From Psammoneis japonica (taxonomy: Eukaryota): a DNA stretch of 57,644 nucleotides. The translations under genes and the position numbers were made by a program. The stretch covers positions 1 through 57,644 of the forward strand of contig QPGO01000032.1 in the NCBI GenBank assembly GCA_008632985.1, in the 5' to 3' direction. The notes beneath the pieces were generated by a model that was given only the letters and a program-made list of their open reading frames with translations, searched no databases and was not told the origin of the DNA. Shown here one piece after another: positions 1 through 13,018 of this stretch; within the stretch, counting starts at the first letter, position 1, and the number at the start of each line of letters is the position of its first letter.

Positions 1-1770
1 CAGTCAAAAACAAACCAGCCACCCATGCTGATTCTCTCACATTTGCTCCAGCCTCATGCAACGCCTTGTCAACCATGGATTCACCTTCAGCCACCAAACT
101 CAACTGGCATCAGGCAATGACACAAACAACAACTTTTTGTTTTGCCCAACATGCACAGAACAAAATGAGTCAAACAAATGATGGCAGCACGCGGTTGTCA
201 CACTGTTGACTGCAAAGGTGAGCAACAGCACCCAACTGACAAACACAGCTCCTCCAGCACCAAGCTTCTGCAGTGGAACAATGGCTCAAGCCACAGCACT
301 CTTGGCAATGAGAGCACATTGTCAAATGAAAGCAGTGCACAGCTGTTGCCAACAGTTGTCCAAAAATCCATTCCAAACACCATTGGGTTCCAAGAAGTTG
401 AGCACCAATCGCACTGCCCAATTGCTGCGGCACAGGTTGTGGAATCCAATGACTTCCTCAGATCCCAAATTGACTTGAGTTGCATCTGACAATGAGGCCC
501 ACCCCCTGCAGCTCCAAAAAAGCATCACAAAGACAAAAACAGCAAAAGTGCCATTTGCACTCACACCACTGCCTCAGCAAACAGAGTGCTCATTGGCAGT
601 GCAATGTGGCAACACTGCTGCTGCACCTGCCCTCTTGTGATCAGCTGGAGGCTCTGTGGAGTTGGCGTTGTTCAACAAGGTGACCCTCAAAATTTTTTTG
701 AAGCCCATGTTGCTCACAAAGTGTTGGCACTGTCAGCTGCAAAGTGCCGCTGCTTTGTTCTAGAAAATGCAAAACAAAAAGGCTGCTGGTGGTGTGAGCA
801 AAACAATGTGCCAAACACAGCCAGCTCCTGTGCACCACAAAAACCACTGCATGACAAGACACGCACTCCTTGCACAGCAGAACACTTCAGTTTCTTGCCA
901 TGGGGCCACAGTGGATGCGCTTCAGTTGCAGAAAAGGCAGGGGTTCAACAGGATGGAGTCAACATCAGCTTTGAAGTGATTGTTGCATGTGGGTGAAACA
1001 AGTGCTGTTGTTGCCAATGGTGGTTGTTGACTTTGTGCACTCATCATTGGAAAAGCTCCTGAAGCTGCACCAGGCAGTTGGGCAGCAGCTGATTTTTTGG
1101 ACAGGACAGCAGAAAAATCCCCAGAAAGCAAAGTTGAGCATCACAAGCACCCCCGTGTGGTTTTTTGTTGGGTCGCTCAAGGCTGCCACTCATGGTGGCC
1201 TGCTGAGAATCACACAGATGTCCTCTCCACCCTCCTTGGCTGCTTTCAACAACAACATCAACAAATGCTCCTCTTGAGTGGCTCAGCATCACCCACTTTT
1301 TCATTCTCTCTCTTTTAGACCCCTGCTCTTTCCCTCCAGCAGCCAGCGAAACCACCCTCGCTCCTGCACCTGAGCCAGGCTCCCTGCTTGCCACTGGCAT
1401 TTTTGTCATCATCTTATCTTGTGGAGCCATTGCTGGTTCCATCTCACTTTCTCAGCCAGCTCTGAAGGGTCTTCCGCATCTGCACTGTGGCTTTGCTGCC
1501 TTTTTTTTTGGGGGGGGGGGGGAGAGCCTGCAGCAAGGACAAACAGAGACTGGATGGGAGTGCGAACAGGAGCCAGGGGTCTTGTCTGCCATGACTTTCA
1601 TGGCCTTTTGTCGTGGCTTTTGCGACCCATCATTTCCACCGCGACTCCTTTGGCCAGGCACCATTTCAACTGCGTGCTGGATTGCGTGCTGCCTCCCGAC
1701 TGGTTTGAAGATTTCTTTTTTTTTGCACTGCACAGCTTTGTGCATGTGGCTGGCAATGTCACCCGTCGTG
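1..1770. repeat. TpA/CpG-depleted degenerate repeat or TE-like block
   Basis: About 3 TpA by eye (761, ~1316, ~1415) in 1.77 kb, few CpG, and abundant TG/CA. TpA returns abruptly at ~1775. No recognisable protein. Confidence 0.65.
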
Positions 1771-2089
1771 TCATTACCGCATTTACTGTACAGCATATGT
1801 ATGTATGTCCCTCCTCCCGTTTATCATTATATATAGATATTTTATAATCCATATGACATCGACCAACACCTCTCACAATTTGGAACGCGAGCGACGGCCG
1901 AGGGAAAACAAACTAACCGAGCTTTCACCATTCACCAAGCAAGCACCACTAACCTGTCGCCTGACTTCAGAGAGACGCCAGAAAAACCCATATTTCCGAG
2001 GTGATGAAAACTACTAAGAAGCTGAAAAGCAATAAGTATCGATTGGCAATCTTCGTCCAACCGCTTCCGCAGCATAGCAAAAGGGGGCA

Positions 2090-4004
2090 ATGAAAATAGC
2101 ACTCGCATCCAACAAGGTACATAGAGGACGAGGTGTTCTACAAATTATTTTGACGCGGACGAAAAATGCTTTTGCTTTCTTTGTTATCCCACTGATTATG
2201 TGGAACGCCATTCGAGTTCAAAAGAAGTTCAATCAGTACGACAATACTCACATTTACCATCCGCGAGAAGTGAACACGGCGCTGAAGCAGGCCAAAAGCG
2301 GTGGTTCAACCCCGGAATCTTCATCAGAAGAGCGAACCACAGTTTGTTGATGTTGTTCGCCAGTTGCATACTTGGACTACGAATCTCCCAAACCTTGAAA
2401 GCGAAAATACACTCATGGTCGTATCGCATCGTGAGCTACTCTTTGGTTGTCGCTCGTTCGAGGATTATTTGTCCCCAAGATACCACACCTTATATCTGTT
2501 TTCAGAAGACCTCGTAGAAGGGTTTGGAGTTGATAAAGTCGTCCAGGATGTCACACCAGAAACGTCTGCTGGCGCCCATTTGTTCTACACCAAGGGACAT
2601 GCTGGAACCGCAATGGCCAGGAACGTTGGTGAGCAGTTTGCTGCGCACTTGGAATCTCTCGGATTCCCGATAGAAAACCTGGCGGTTGCAGCTTGTGATG
2701 TTCATCAACTTCCTCAAGAGCATGACTTGTTCGTTCCGACAGAGACAATCATTATGAAGATGGCAAAGGACTTGGCCTTTGCTCAACAGCTCCGCAAGAA
2801 TGGCGAGTTCATTGTAGATAATTATGACAGCAGTGGTAACACGAGATGTGCAAGCAAGGATTTGGACCTAAAGATTCCAAAAAGTCAAATGGAGATACTG
2901 GCCATGAACACAATCTTATGGGAGACTGTACCCGATATGACTAGAGTTGAAGCTTTCCATGGGCTTGACGTTGGACATTGGCAAACCAAACAGAGGCCCG
3001 AAAGACTAATTAGGGGATCAGAATCAGTGCCATGGCTCTACGACGTATCTGAATTTACGGAGAATCACTTGCTCATGTATGATTTGAAGGTCCTGCGCAG
3101 GATCAAGCAAATCGCGCCATCCTACATCTCGTCTTCAAAAGTCTTTTTTGAAGAGCAACATACACTCGGAACTGTTGCCAACAATTTCAATGCAACGATA
3201 ATCCGGAACAATGACGTCTCATTCCACCTTGACCTCTATACGTCACGTCAAGACCCTTCCATAGTAGAGATTAATTGGGTCAGAGGCAAAACATTTCAGT
3301 TGATGGGAGAGGTGTTGACGCCAAGGTACGACTTCAACACCCAGATTGAAACCTACAAATCATTGACGCCGTTACCCTGTCGATGCTATCGCCTTGGAAA
3401 GCTGCCATCTGTATAAAATTCAATAGAACGACTGGTTACCCAACAATGGACACATCACGGGTACTTCACTTACCGACTGGAACATGAGAATGATGGTGGA
3501 CGGTATTTCAAGTATTTTGGCTATAGGAGAGTGAAGCTACAGAGTCTACATCAACCAAAGCCGTTGTTCGATATGAGATCGACGGTGTGTTTCCCGGAAA
3601 TAGAGTACTGCGACTTTCGAGGGGTTCGGCTGAAAACGACAAAACTTGGACCCGCCTCTTATCTATCAGAACAGGCGATGGAGCACTATGGACTCTCTTC
3701 ATGTGCAACTGTCTCGTCTCTGAATGCAGTCTTGGAGCACAGATCAATTTTCACTGCTGAAGAGCGAGCGCAGAGATCCATTGAGATCCCTATTAAGGAT
3801 TCAACCATGGAAGCGCTCTACATTGGCGAGGGCTCTAATCAATCCGACATTGCCGATCCCTTTAGCTGCTTTGATCGCTACTCCCCTTCTTGGAAATCAC
3901 TAGTGAACAACAAGATGTATGCGTACGTTCCATTACAAGCAAAAACTCTACGGTCTCCAAAGGAAATGGTAGACAGGGTGCTTAGACAGAGCGATGAGTT
4001 GTAA
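2090..4004 (+). CDS. Hypothetical protein, probably type II membrane; split across ORFs 2090-2350, 2301-3416 and 3531-4004
   Basis: 371-aa ORF with normal composition. The upstream frame has a hydrophobic anchor (NAFAFFVIPLIMWNAI). Joins between frames are unresolved. Confidence 0.5.
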
Positions 4005-4612
4005 GCAAAATAAAAGTACAGTAGTTTTCCTACTTTTGCTTCCAAATCGAAAGCTACAAAATAGCGTGTGGCACTACCTTGTGTCAATGCTAGTCGTAAT
4101 TGTACAGAAGTCGATAGATGCGTCACCAACAAACAACGAAACTTGGACCTTTCTTTTGTCGATCATGACAGACCACCAAGCAATCCAGATAGACTTATCG
4201 CGCCACATCAGTCTGTCATGATCGGATACAAATTTTCAAATTTCTGCATGCGGTCACTATCAATAAAATAGAGCTTTATTTTGAAAATTGGATCATCCAA
4301 ACATATGAGCATGTATTGACGAGCACGTCCAGTGTCAATGCGTTGAGTCCAATCAGTATCAGGTTGGTGAGCGTACATACCGGTGCGGTACTGTAACCAC
4401 GCACACGGAAAACCTGAACCCGAGACCCACCGACCACCGACCAGCCAGCGCGACCCACTCACAGTTCATTTTTCATTTGACGGCCTGTTCGAGTTCCTGT
4501 TTCCTGTGGTGGGAATTGTTTGCATTTCACGCCTTGTTCTATCGTTGCCGTTACCGTCTTTACTATCTACTGTAGTGCCGAAACAAGCTTCTTACAAAAA
4601 GTATTTTGAAGG

Positions 4613-6272
4613 ATGCACACAGACGGAGAGGTGCGATCACGAAGGTCGAGTGCGCAACGGTTGAAAGAGCGAATGCTGCCGAATGTCCCACCGGCACGAG
4701 GAAATGATGTCAGCTTTATGGACCCGTCAAGAGTAGCCGGTCCCTATTCCGACTCCTTGTCGCACTCGCGAGTTCGCAAGAAGAAGCATCGCTATTATCT
4801 ACCGACATGGAGAAGATGGTTTTCAATGAACACCCTGCTTGCAGCTTTATCCATATCGGCAATAATCCAAATTATTATCAAGATACCCTACGTCAGAACA
4901 AAGAGCTACACACAAACCATTTTACGACATCGAGGAAAGTCGATGAGTACTGTTGAAGAAAGAGGCATCTCGTCATTTGATCGCAAGCCCATTTCTTTAG
5001 TTCTTGACGAGGATTTCTCTGTTGAAAAGATTAGGTTGAGCTGGTTCAAAATAAAGGAGAAAGAACCAAAACAATACGACCCTAAATCAGTGAATTACAG
5101 AACAAATGTGGCGGGTTTTCGGCACCCGTCGTATAGATTAAATGGAGAAAAATGTGTGGCAATGTATGACTGGCAGGAATCGTTTAGGCCGACGTGCAAC
5201 AACATTCACGAACTAGATATAGAAAATGCTCCCCGCTACGACAGCGCCCGAATGGTAGCCAATGGTTATTACAGAGATGTTTGGGACTTCAAAGAGGATG
5301 TTGCTGGTAATAAGACAAGCTGGGCTATAAAGACTCTCCGCTACGACAAAGACTTCGATGACTGGGAGTTTCTCAGTGAGCAAGCAAGAGATGCGACCAT
5401 TTCCGAGCAGCTGACCTTTTCTCCGAATGTTGCCAATATCTACAATTACTGTGGTTTGACGTCGATGTATGATTTTGCTCACAATGGAACACTGCAGGAC
5501 CACTGGAATAATCTTGGGCACAGTGAAAAGCTTCGTATATCAGCCTTTATATCTCGGGGTTTGTCGGACTTGCACACGTTGGGTGGCGGGAAGTACCCAC
5601 CGATCTCTCATACCGACATTGATGGTAGGCAGTTTATCTACTTAAACGGCAACTTCTTGCTGAATGACTTCAACAGTGCCGGAGTACTTTTATGGAACGA
5701 AAAGAACAAGAAGCCTTGTAAATGGACTATGTGGCGCCCGGAAGATAATGTAAGACTGAACGCTTGTTCGGAAATCAATTTAATTTTGTGATGTAGCCCC
5801 ACTCGTTTCTCACCAAAGTGTTTACCGACAGAATCGTGCACCGGAAGAGTTCGTTGAAAAGACAAATCCCACTGATGAAAAGATTGACGTTTACTCGTTG
5901 GGTAAGCATTTTTTCTTATTGTTTGAGTTGATTTTGCGGTAGTCTGTCGGTAGCTATCGTTGTGCGTGTACTTTATTCTCATTTGTTGCTCCATATCTAT
6001 CTCTAGGCAACACGTTTTACAAATTTTTGACCGGCAAACGAAAATATTACGATATCAGCCAGGAGGCGGCTACCAAACGGATATTGGAGGGAGAAATTGC
6101 CACGTTTCCTGAGGAAATTGAGAAAAGCAACGATCCTGTTCACGTTGCTCTGAAGCATGCCTTTCGTAGAATGCAAATCAAAGATCTCGAGAAACGAGCT
6201 ACTGCAAAGGAAATTGCAGACTACCTGGAGGACGCATGGAAGAAATATGAGAAGGAAATAATGAACAAGTAA
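4613..6272 (+). CDS. Membrane-anchored protein kinase, PKDCC/VLK-like; exons 4613-5749, 5832-5901, 6007-6272
   Basis: TM segment followed by ANGYYRDVW, WAIKTL, HTDIDGRQF, LNDFN, NRAPEE and KIDVYSLG. GT-AG introns 5750-5831 and 5902-6006 restore the frame. Confidence 0.85.
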
Positions 6273-6809
6273 GAAATGGCCACAACAACGAAGACAAGAC
6301 AGCGAAATTCCACGATAAAGAAAAGAGAGGGACTCCTCTCTATGAGTTACTGTGCAGATTGGATAGCAAAACTCGAAACTGGCTCTTGTTGTAGTCGTAG
6401 CTACTTCTATTTGAAATAGAGCTTGTTAGCTAGAAAAGCATCAGTTCCATGCAGACCTGCTTTCCCAATTTTTTGATATCGAGAAAACAGAGCTTTTCTT
6501 TTATTCTGTCACAGATATGTTTGAAAAGGTATTGTTCCCCTTTATGTAAGAATATTGATATTTTTTAATATACAAACTACATACCGTTATATCACATTTT
6601 CGCCGCCACCATGATCCATGATGATGGCGCACCTCATCCCGCATTCGCTCCGCTTTATTGCTTTGCAACAGTATCTACGTTCATCGTTAAAATGCAACGT
6701 CCTTTCACTAAAAGCAGTGTAGCTCTCCTCCCTCAGCACTCCTACTGCAATAGATTTGTCAAGACGATAGGGAAATCGTGGTTTTATTGGACAAGATTCT
6801 GTTTGAAAA

Positions 6810-8499
6810 ATGTCGACGAACGGAGTAGTGAGATCCAGAAAGTTGATCGCAACAGGGTTGAAGGAGCGAATGTCACCACATGTACCTCCTACTGGGGATA
6901 GCACCCTTGTTGGCACCTCAAGAATCACGGGACCATGTCATGATCCCTTTTCAAAAAAAGATAGGCCTACCTACGTCTTGAAGAACGTGTCGTTGAAAAA
7001 GGGAACACGCTGCTTTGTAGTAATCACTCTGCTTGCAGCTTTTTCAATATTTGCTATACATCGCATCACAAGTTCAATGCCCATCAGAAAAGGGGATCTC
7101 TCACAACCATTCGATTTCTTTCCGCAAACGTCGATGAATGTGGCCAAAGAAAAAGATGAATTCTCAACGTTTGATCCCAAGCCTATCTCTGTGGTTATTA
7201 CTGCAGACGGATCAACAGAAAAGATTGAGTTGAGGTGGTTTAAAATCAAAGAGAAGGAACCAAAGCAATACCCTCCCAATTCTGTCAATTACAGGACAAA
7301 CTCCACAGAGTTTTTGTATTCGCTTCGAGCTCATGGAGAACATTGTGTCGCATTGCATGACTTTCAACGTACTTTCCATCCGACATGCAACAACGTCCAC
7401 GAGATCGATATGGAACTCGGTATTCTTTCTGAAAATGCAATAATGGTAAATAAGGGACACTACAGGGATGCGTGGGAATACAAGGAGGATATCGCGGGTA
7501 ATAAAACAAGTTGGGCATTGAAGACATTGCGCATGAACCTCGGAATTGAAAGGGAGAGGCTTTTGGAGCAAGCGATTGATGCCACTATTTCCGAGCAGCT
7601 GACGTTTTCTTCGCACGTTGCCAACATTTACAATTACTGCGGTTTGACATCCATGTATGATTTTGCCCACAATGGGACTTTGGATGCCCATTATAAGCAA
7701 CTCAGTCTCAAAGAACGGCTTCGCACAGCTGCTTTTATTTCTCGAGGATTGGCAGACGCGCACACATTGGGCGGTGGCAAACACTCACCGCTTGCTCATA
7801 CCGACATTGCTGTGAGGCAGTTCTTATATATAAATGGCAACTTTTTGCTGAATGACTTCAATTGCGCTGGGCTCCTCTTGTGGGACGAAAAGAAGAACGA
7901 GCCATGTAAATGGAGAATGGCTCGTGTTCAAGATAAGGTAAGCATGACTGTCAGGATTTGAATGGGACTTTGAGCTTGCCTATGACCGGCTCTTTTCTCA
8001 CTTTGACGGTTGCCGTAATACTGTATAGAACCGTGCTCCTGAAGAGCAGTATGAAACAGACACCCCCATTGATGAGAAAATCGACGTGTATTCTTTGGGT
8101 AAGCTTTGTAGCGCCAATTATTTATTAAGTTGCTATTCCGGGTGTTTGTCTCACAAAGAAAGCTGGTGCTCTAACCCTTTCACTATTCTTGCTTGTGTAG
8201 GTGCCATTTTCTACAAATTCCTGACGGGTGAACGGAAATACAATAAAATGCGCACAAAGGCAGCTGCTGAGCTGATAAAGGCGGGAGACATTGCCCCCCT
8301 TCCCGAAGACGTTGATAAAAGCCAAGATCCTGTCCACGTTGCTTTAAAGCATGCGTTTCTCAAGACCCAGCAACTGGATCCTACAAAGCGAGCGACTGCA
8401 AAGGAGATTGCCGACTACCTTGAGGACGCATGGAAGAAATATGACCAAGACACGCGGGATCTGGAAGAAAAGGAAAGCAAAGAGAGAAAGGAAGACTAG
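6810..8499 (+). CDS. Tandem paralog of the PKDCC/VLK-like kinase; exons 6810-7937, 8029-8098, 8201-8499
   Basis: Same motifs (WALKTL, HTDIAVRQF, LNDFN, NRAPEE, KIDVYSLG) and the same two intron positions as the upstream copy. Confidence 0.85.
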
Positions 8500-8739
8500 A
8501 GATGAGTATAATGACGATAGACTATATATGCTAGCTCTAGACCTAGAGAATGTTAAGGAAGATACCTAATAGTTTTTGCAATGAATGGAGATAGCCCGCC
8601 CACCGCCCGCGTTGCTTCCGGCGTTTTTCAACCGCGGAAAGGACCTTGTGCTTACCGCGCGACCGCCGAAGATAGAAGCGCGAAGCGGAGAGCCCACAAT
8701 GGCCTCATTCATCTCAAAAGTGCCGCAGAAGCAGCGACA

Positions 8740-10791
8740 ATGAATCCCTGGTTAAGGCACACGATAAACCCGTCTCGTCTCCAGCGAGCACTGAGATACC
8801 AGTCACGTCAACAAACATGGAATAATGCTGTGTGGAAACGAAGCCACTTTGGTGGTTTTGTTGGAACGCCTCCCATGATGCCGGGGCAAACATCTCATCT
8901 CGACAGCCGACAGCTTCAGATTCGTATCGCCCAAACCCTCTTTTCTCACGTATGGCCGAGCTCCAAAGAGGACGATGAAACCGTAACGTTACGAAAGCGT
9001 CGTGTCCTCTTGTCACTGGGTCTAATGGTGGGTGGAAAGGCAGTTACAATTCAGGTGCCGTACTTGTTCAAGTACCTCGTGGATAGTATGCCCTCGCAAG
9101 AAGCTATTCTGGCAGATCCGACCGCAACAGTCGCTTCCGTTCCAGTTGCCATCTTATTGGGGTATGGTATTTCTCGTGCAGCGGCTTCAGGTCTACAAGA
9201 GTACCGCAATGCCGTCTTTGCACACGTCGCTCAGGATGCGATTCGACGAGTGGGTCGGTCTGTGTTTGACCATGTGCATCGAATGGATATGCAATTTCAC
9301 CTTAGTCGAAATACAGGACAGCTATCGCGCATCTTGGACCGTGGTAATCGGAGTATTAGTTTTGTGTTGAATGCTATGGTGTTTCACGTTGTTCCGACCG
9401 CTCTGGAAGTGGGTGTTGTCACTGGTCTCATGGGATATCATTTTGGGGCGCAACATGCCCTTGTTGTACTTGGAACGATTGGTGCGTACACTGGATTCAC
9501 CTTTGGCATTACACAATGGCGAACTCAGTTTCGACGAGATATGAATCGACTCGAGAATGAGGCGTCTGGGCGTGTCGTGGATTCTCTGCTGAATTACGAA
9601 ACCGTTCAATACTTTAACAATACCGAACACGAAGGAAGGCGATATGAGGAATCGCTTCGAGGTTACCAGAAAGCTGCCTTGAAGGCTCAAACCTCTCTTT
9701 CTCTCCTTAATTTTGGACAAGCTGTGATTTTCTCAGTGGGGTTGACCGGTATCATGTATTTGACTGCTGGAAACATCTTGGAGGGCACAGCTACTGTGGG
9801 CGATCTAGTTCTGGTCAATGGGCTGCTGTTTCAATTGTCGGTGCCACTCAACTTTATCGGTTCCGTCTATCGTGAGGTTCGACAGGCTCTGGTGGATATG
9901 GAAGCCATGTTTATGCTGAATGATACCAAGCCAGCCATTGTGGACCGCCAAGGTGCTCAAGTGTACCATCCTGAAACGTCGGGCACCAACATTTCTTTTC
10001 GAGACATTCACTTTGCTTATCCAATGCGTAACGAAAGCTTAAATGCGGACAAGGACACACAAGATGAAGTAGTGTTTTCCGACAATATGGACAAGCGCCC
10101 TATTCTCCGCGGTGTAACAGTCGATGTCAAGGAAGGAAGCACCGTGGCATTTGTTGGTGCGTCAGGGAGTGGAAAGTCAACCCTGTTGCGTCTGCTGTAT
10201 CGATTCTATCAACCCGACAGTGGCAGCGTTTACATTGGCGGACAAGACTTGAATGACGTGACTGTGGATTCGGTGCGAAGAGCCATTGCGGTTGTCCCTC
10301 AAGACACAGTGTTGTTTCACGAGAGCATCGGATACAACATACAGTACGGCAACCTGGACGCTCCGTGGGAAGATGTGGTGGATGCAGCCAAGAGAGCCCG
10401 CATTCATGACACTATCATGAGCTTCCCAGAGGGCTATGATACGGTGGTTGGCGAACGTGGTTTGAAGCTTTCTGGTGGAGAAAAGCAACGCGTGGCAATT
10501 GCCCGTGCCATTTTGAAGGATGCGCCCATTATTCTTTGTGACGAGCCGACTTCCAGCTTGGACAGTGAAACAGAGACTGACATTATGACCAATCTAAAGG
10601 AGGTGGGCAAGAATACTACTACTTTGATTATTGCGCACCGTCTGAGTACCATACAAGACTGTGATGAAATTTGTGTACTCCATCAAGGACAGGTAGTGGA
10701 ACGAGGAACACACAGCGAGCTGCTTGCCATGGGAGGGCGTTATACGGAGCTCTTGAGAATGCAGCAAAATCACAATCACATCGATGAGTAG
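8740..10791 (+). CDS. ATM1: Mitochondrial ABC half-transporter, ATM1/ABCB7 family
   Basis: ABC membrane domain, Walker A GASGSGKS, signature LSGGEKQR, Walker B ILCDE. Arg-rich presequence from the Met at 8740. Confidence 0.93.
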   Translation: MNPWLRHTINPSRLQRALRYQSRQQTWNNAVWKRSHFGGFVGTPPMMPGQTSHLDSRQLQIRIAQTLFSHVWPSSKEDDETVTLRKRRVLLSLGLMVGGKAVTIQVPYLFKYLVDSMPSQEAILADPTATVASVPVAILLGYGISRAAASGLQEYRNAVFAHVAQDAIRRVGRSVFDHVHRMDMQFHLSRNTGQLSRILDRGNRSISFVLNAMVFHVVPTALEVGVVTGLMGYHFGAQHALVVLGTIGAYTGFTFGITQWRTQFRRDMNRLENEASGRVVDSLLNYETVQYFNNTEHEGRRYEESLRGYQKAALKAQTSLSLLNFGQAVIFSVGLTGIMYLTAGNILEGTATVGDLVLVNGLLFQLSVPLNFIGSVYREVRQALVDMEAMFMLNDTKPAIVDRQGAQVYHPETSGTNISFRDIHFAYPMRNESLNADKDTQDEVVFSDNMDKRPILRGVTVDVKEGSTVAFVGASGSGKSTLLRLLYRFYQPDSGSVYIGGQDLNDVTVDSVRRAIAVVPQDTVLFHESIGYNIQYGNLDAPWEDVVDAAKRARIHDTIMSFPEGYDTVVGERGLKLSGGEKQRVAIARAILKDAPIILCDEPTSSLDSETETDIMTNLKEVGKNTTTLIIAHRLSTIQDCDEICVLHQGQVVERGTHSELLAMGGRYTELLRMQQNHNHIDE

Positions 10792-11021
10792 TGTGAAGTT
10801 TTTACCAATCCAAAAAAAAAAGACGCGTGAAGTTCATGTGGATGCATGACGGACTGAAGCGATGAGCGAGTAAGCGAAAGGTCGTTCACCACGTTTTGTT
10901 GGATGCTGCCTCTGTCGCTGCTCTGTACATCTTTGGCACTATTGGTGGTTTACAACCTATTCGTACACGTAAAGAACATCGTTTTGATGCTAACTTATAG
11001 CTCGAATGAGACATGATCCTA

Positions 11022-12676
11022 CTACTCTGAATCGGACTCTGTATCCGTATCTTCGTCCTCCGTGTCGGAAGTATCTTCATCGTCTGCAAAGAGACTAAAG
11101 CGGTTCGCCAACACATTTCCTTTATCACGAAGCCACGACCGGCAACCCAAGGTGTTGGCCACGATTGTGGCTCCTCGTCGCATGCCCATGAGATTCCCTC
11201 CGTCGGGACCCAAATTCAGACTCGCCATGCCTCCTACAACGAAAATGTTTGGATACCATTCCAAATCCTCGCTAATGATGGGCAATCCCGAAAAGACCTT
11301 GGTCTTCTTTGGTGAGGTAGAGTTGTTGTGGATTAGGTTTTGACAAACTGGATTCTGTGTACAATCCGGTCGAATGCCGCATGCAGCCACGACACCATCA
11401 AATCGATGCACCTGGGAGCCAATTCCAATCACGAGCGGTGACTGCTCTCGGCAACAATCACAATTCTCCATGTTGTTGTCATTATCAAAAGCCTCCCGCC
11501 CAAGCACCATTTCTTCCGAATAAATGAAATTCGGACTACCCACCAACCTCTTCAAGCGTCCTTGGGATTCCAATTCTTCTACTTGTCGCATATAGAACGG
11601 CGGAACACTTCCACCGCCACGCGCCATTTTGAGAAAGGACAATCGGTCTTGTAGGGATTGATGGTAAAAATCAGACTGGCATTTGTGAACCTTGCGACGA
11701 TCGACCCAGTCCAAGCCAATATCAAGGTGCTTCTCTACCAGGGGTCGTCGGCTGCACAAGGTAACCTTACGATTCGAATCTCCGTGCCTCAGCGCCAATT
11801 GCGCCACTTGAACGGCCGTCAATCCTCCACCCACCACTAAAATGTCATTCCATTCCGAAGGAATCCCATGGGCTTTCAAGGAAGCATCGAGACTTGTCCA
11901 GTGCATCAAACGTGATTCTGGCACCTGTGCGATTCTTTTTGGAATAATGGGCTTGCCGAGGGCGCCCATGGCGAGAACGACAGCATCTGCAGTTACCGTG
12001 TCGCCACTTTTCAGCGTCAAGGAATGCTACAATGGAAAAAAGAAGCAACGAAAAAGCAAAGTTGGCAAATTTGAACGAATGTCATCCACGATTTCCTAAT
12101 ATAAGTAAAAAGTTTCGACTTACCGTAACGCGCTTTGACTGGGTCTTTTTCTTCTCGCTGTTGTTTGTCTCAATGTCGACTACCGCGTCGGACAAAAAGT
12201 CGTGAGGCAGCCGTTTGGCTGTCGCTTGGCAAAAGTCGTAAAAGAGTTTGGAGGACGGCATGTCCCACAGACCGTTATGAGCTTCCCGAAGGGATCGAAG
12301 TCGTGCAATGTCGGTACAACCCGACGCGAGAAGCTCATCTTGGCGTCCCTGAACCACGGCAAAGCGCGAGCAAGGCGTCCTCATCAAACGCATCGGGATG
12401 AGCCATGGCCGGTGATCGAAGGAAATTGATTTCAAGTTTCGAAAAGTTCTCATTCCAATCCGTCATCCACTCTCCGCTGGGATCAACGACACAAACGCTT
12501 CGTTTGGGTGATGCTCTGGTAGTGCGAACCGAAAGAATCTGATTGCGTTGCGTGTCCGTCAAGTGATCCAGTGAGAATGATTCTTGGAGGGCACTGAGCG
12601 TAGCCAGGCCGGCAGGCCCTGCACCAACAATAACAACATCGTAATGTTTGCGGTTCAATCTGTCTGTGCCTGTCAT
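11022..12676 (-). CDS. FAD/NAD(P)-dependent oxidoreductase (flavoprotein monooxygenase-like); one intron and one frameshift
   Basis: VVIVGAGPAG (FAD), LRSP motif, LVVGGGLTA (NAD(P)), IFVVG...GPDGGNLMG. Intron at about 12030-12124. Confidence 0.8.
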
Positions 12677-13018
12677 TGTTGGGACGTATATTATGAATTA
12701 TGAGAGAGAGAGATGGCATTGTAGGTACGCATACACCGTAAGGAGGCTAACGAAAAAAAGAGAGATTTTGTGAGGAGCGGAGATGAAAGAGGCTTTTTCA
12801 AAGGAAAGTAGGCCTTTCAAGAGGCTTTTAACGAATAGTTTATTTAACAACTTTGATGGTAATATTAAATACGTTAAGCCTACCGTTAAATACGAAGAAA
12901 AATAAAGTCAAAAGCCTTTCTTACAGAGCGACCGCCTTTCTCAGCTCGCTTGTTTTCGGGCGACGGGCGGGCGACGAGGTGGAGGCAAGTTTATTTTTTG
13001 AGCTTTACAACTGCAACC

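Noticed and set aside
1501..1522. Poly-T/poly-G run (also poly-C at ~37946-37963)
   Set aside because: Simple homopolymers with no supporting structure.
170..1876. Dense overlapping Cys/His/Gln-rich ORFs here and in the other depleted blocks
   Set aside because: Loss of TpA removes TAA and TAG stops and creates TGY/CAN codons, so these frames are by-products rather than Cys-rich proteins.
8581..8739. N-terminal extension of ATM1 in the ORF track
   Set aside because: The Met at 8740 gives a more plausible mitochondrial presequence; the upstream part is probably promoter or UTR.
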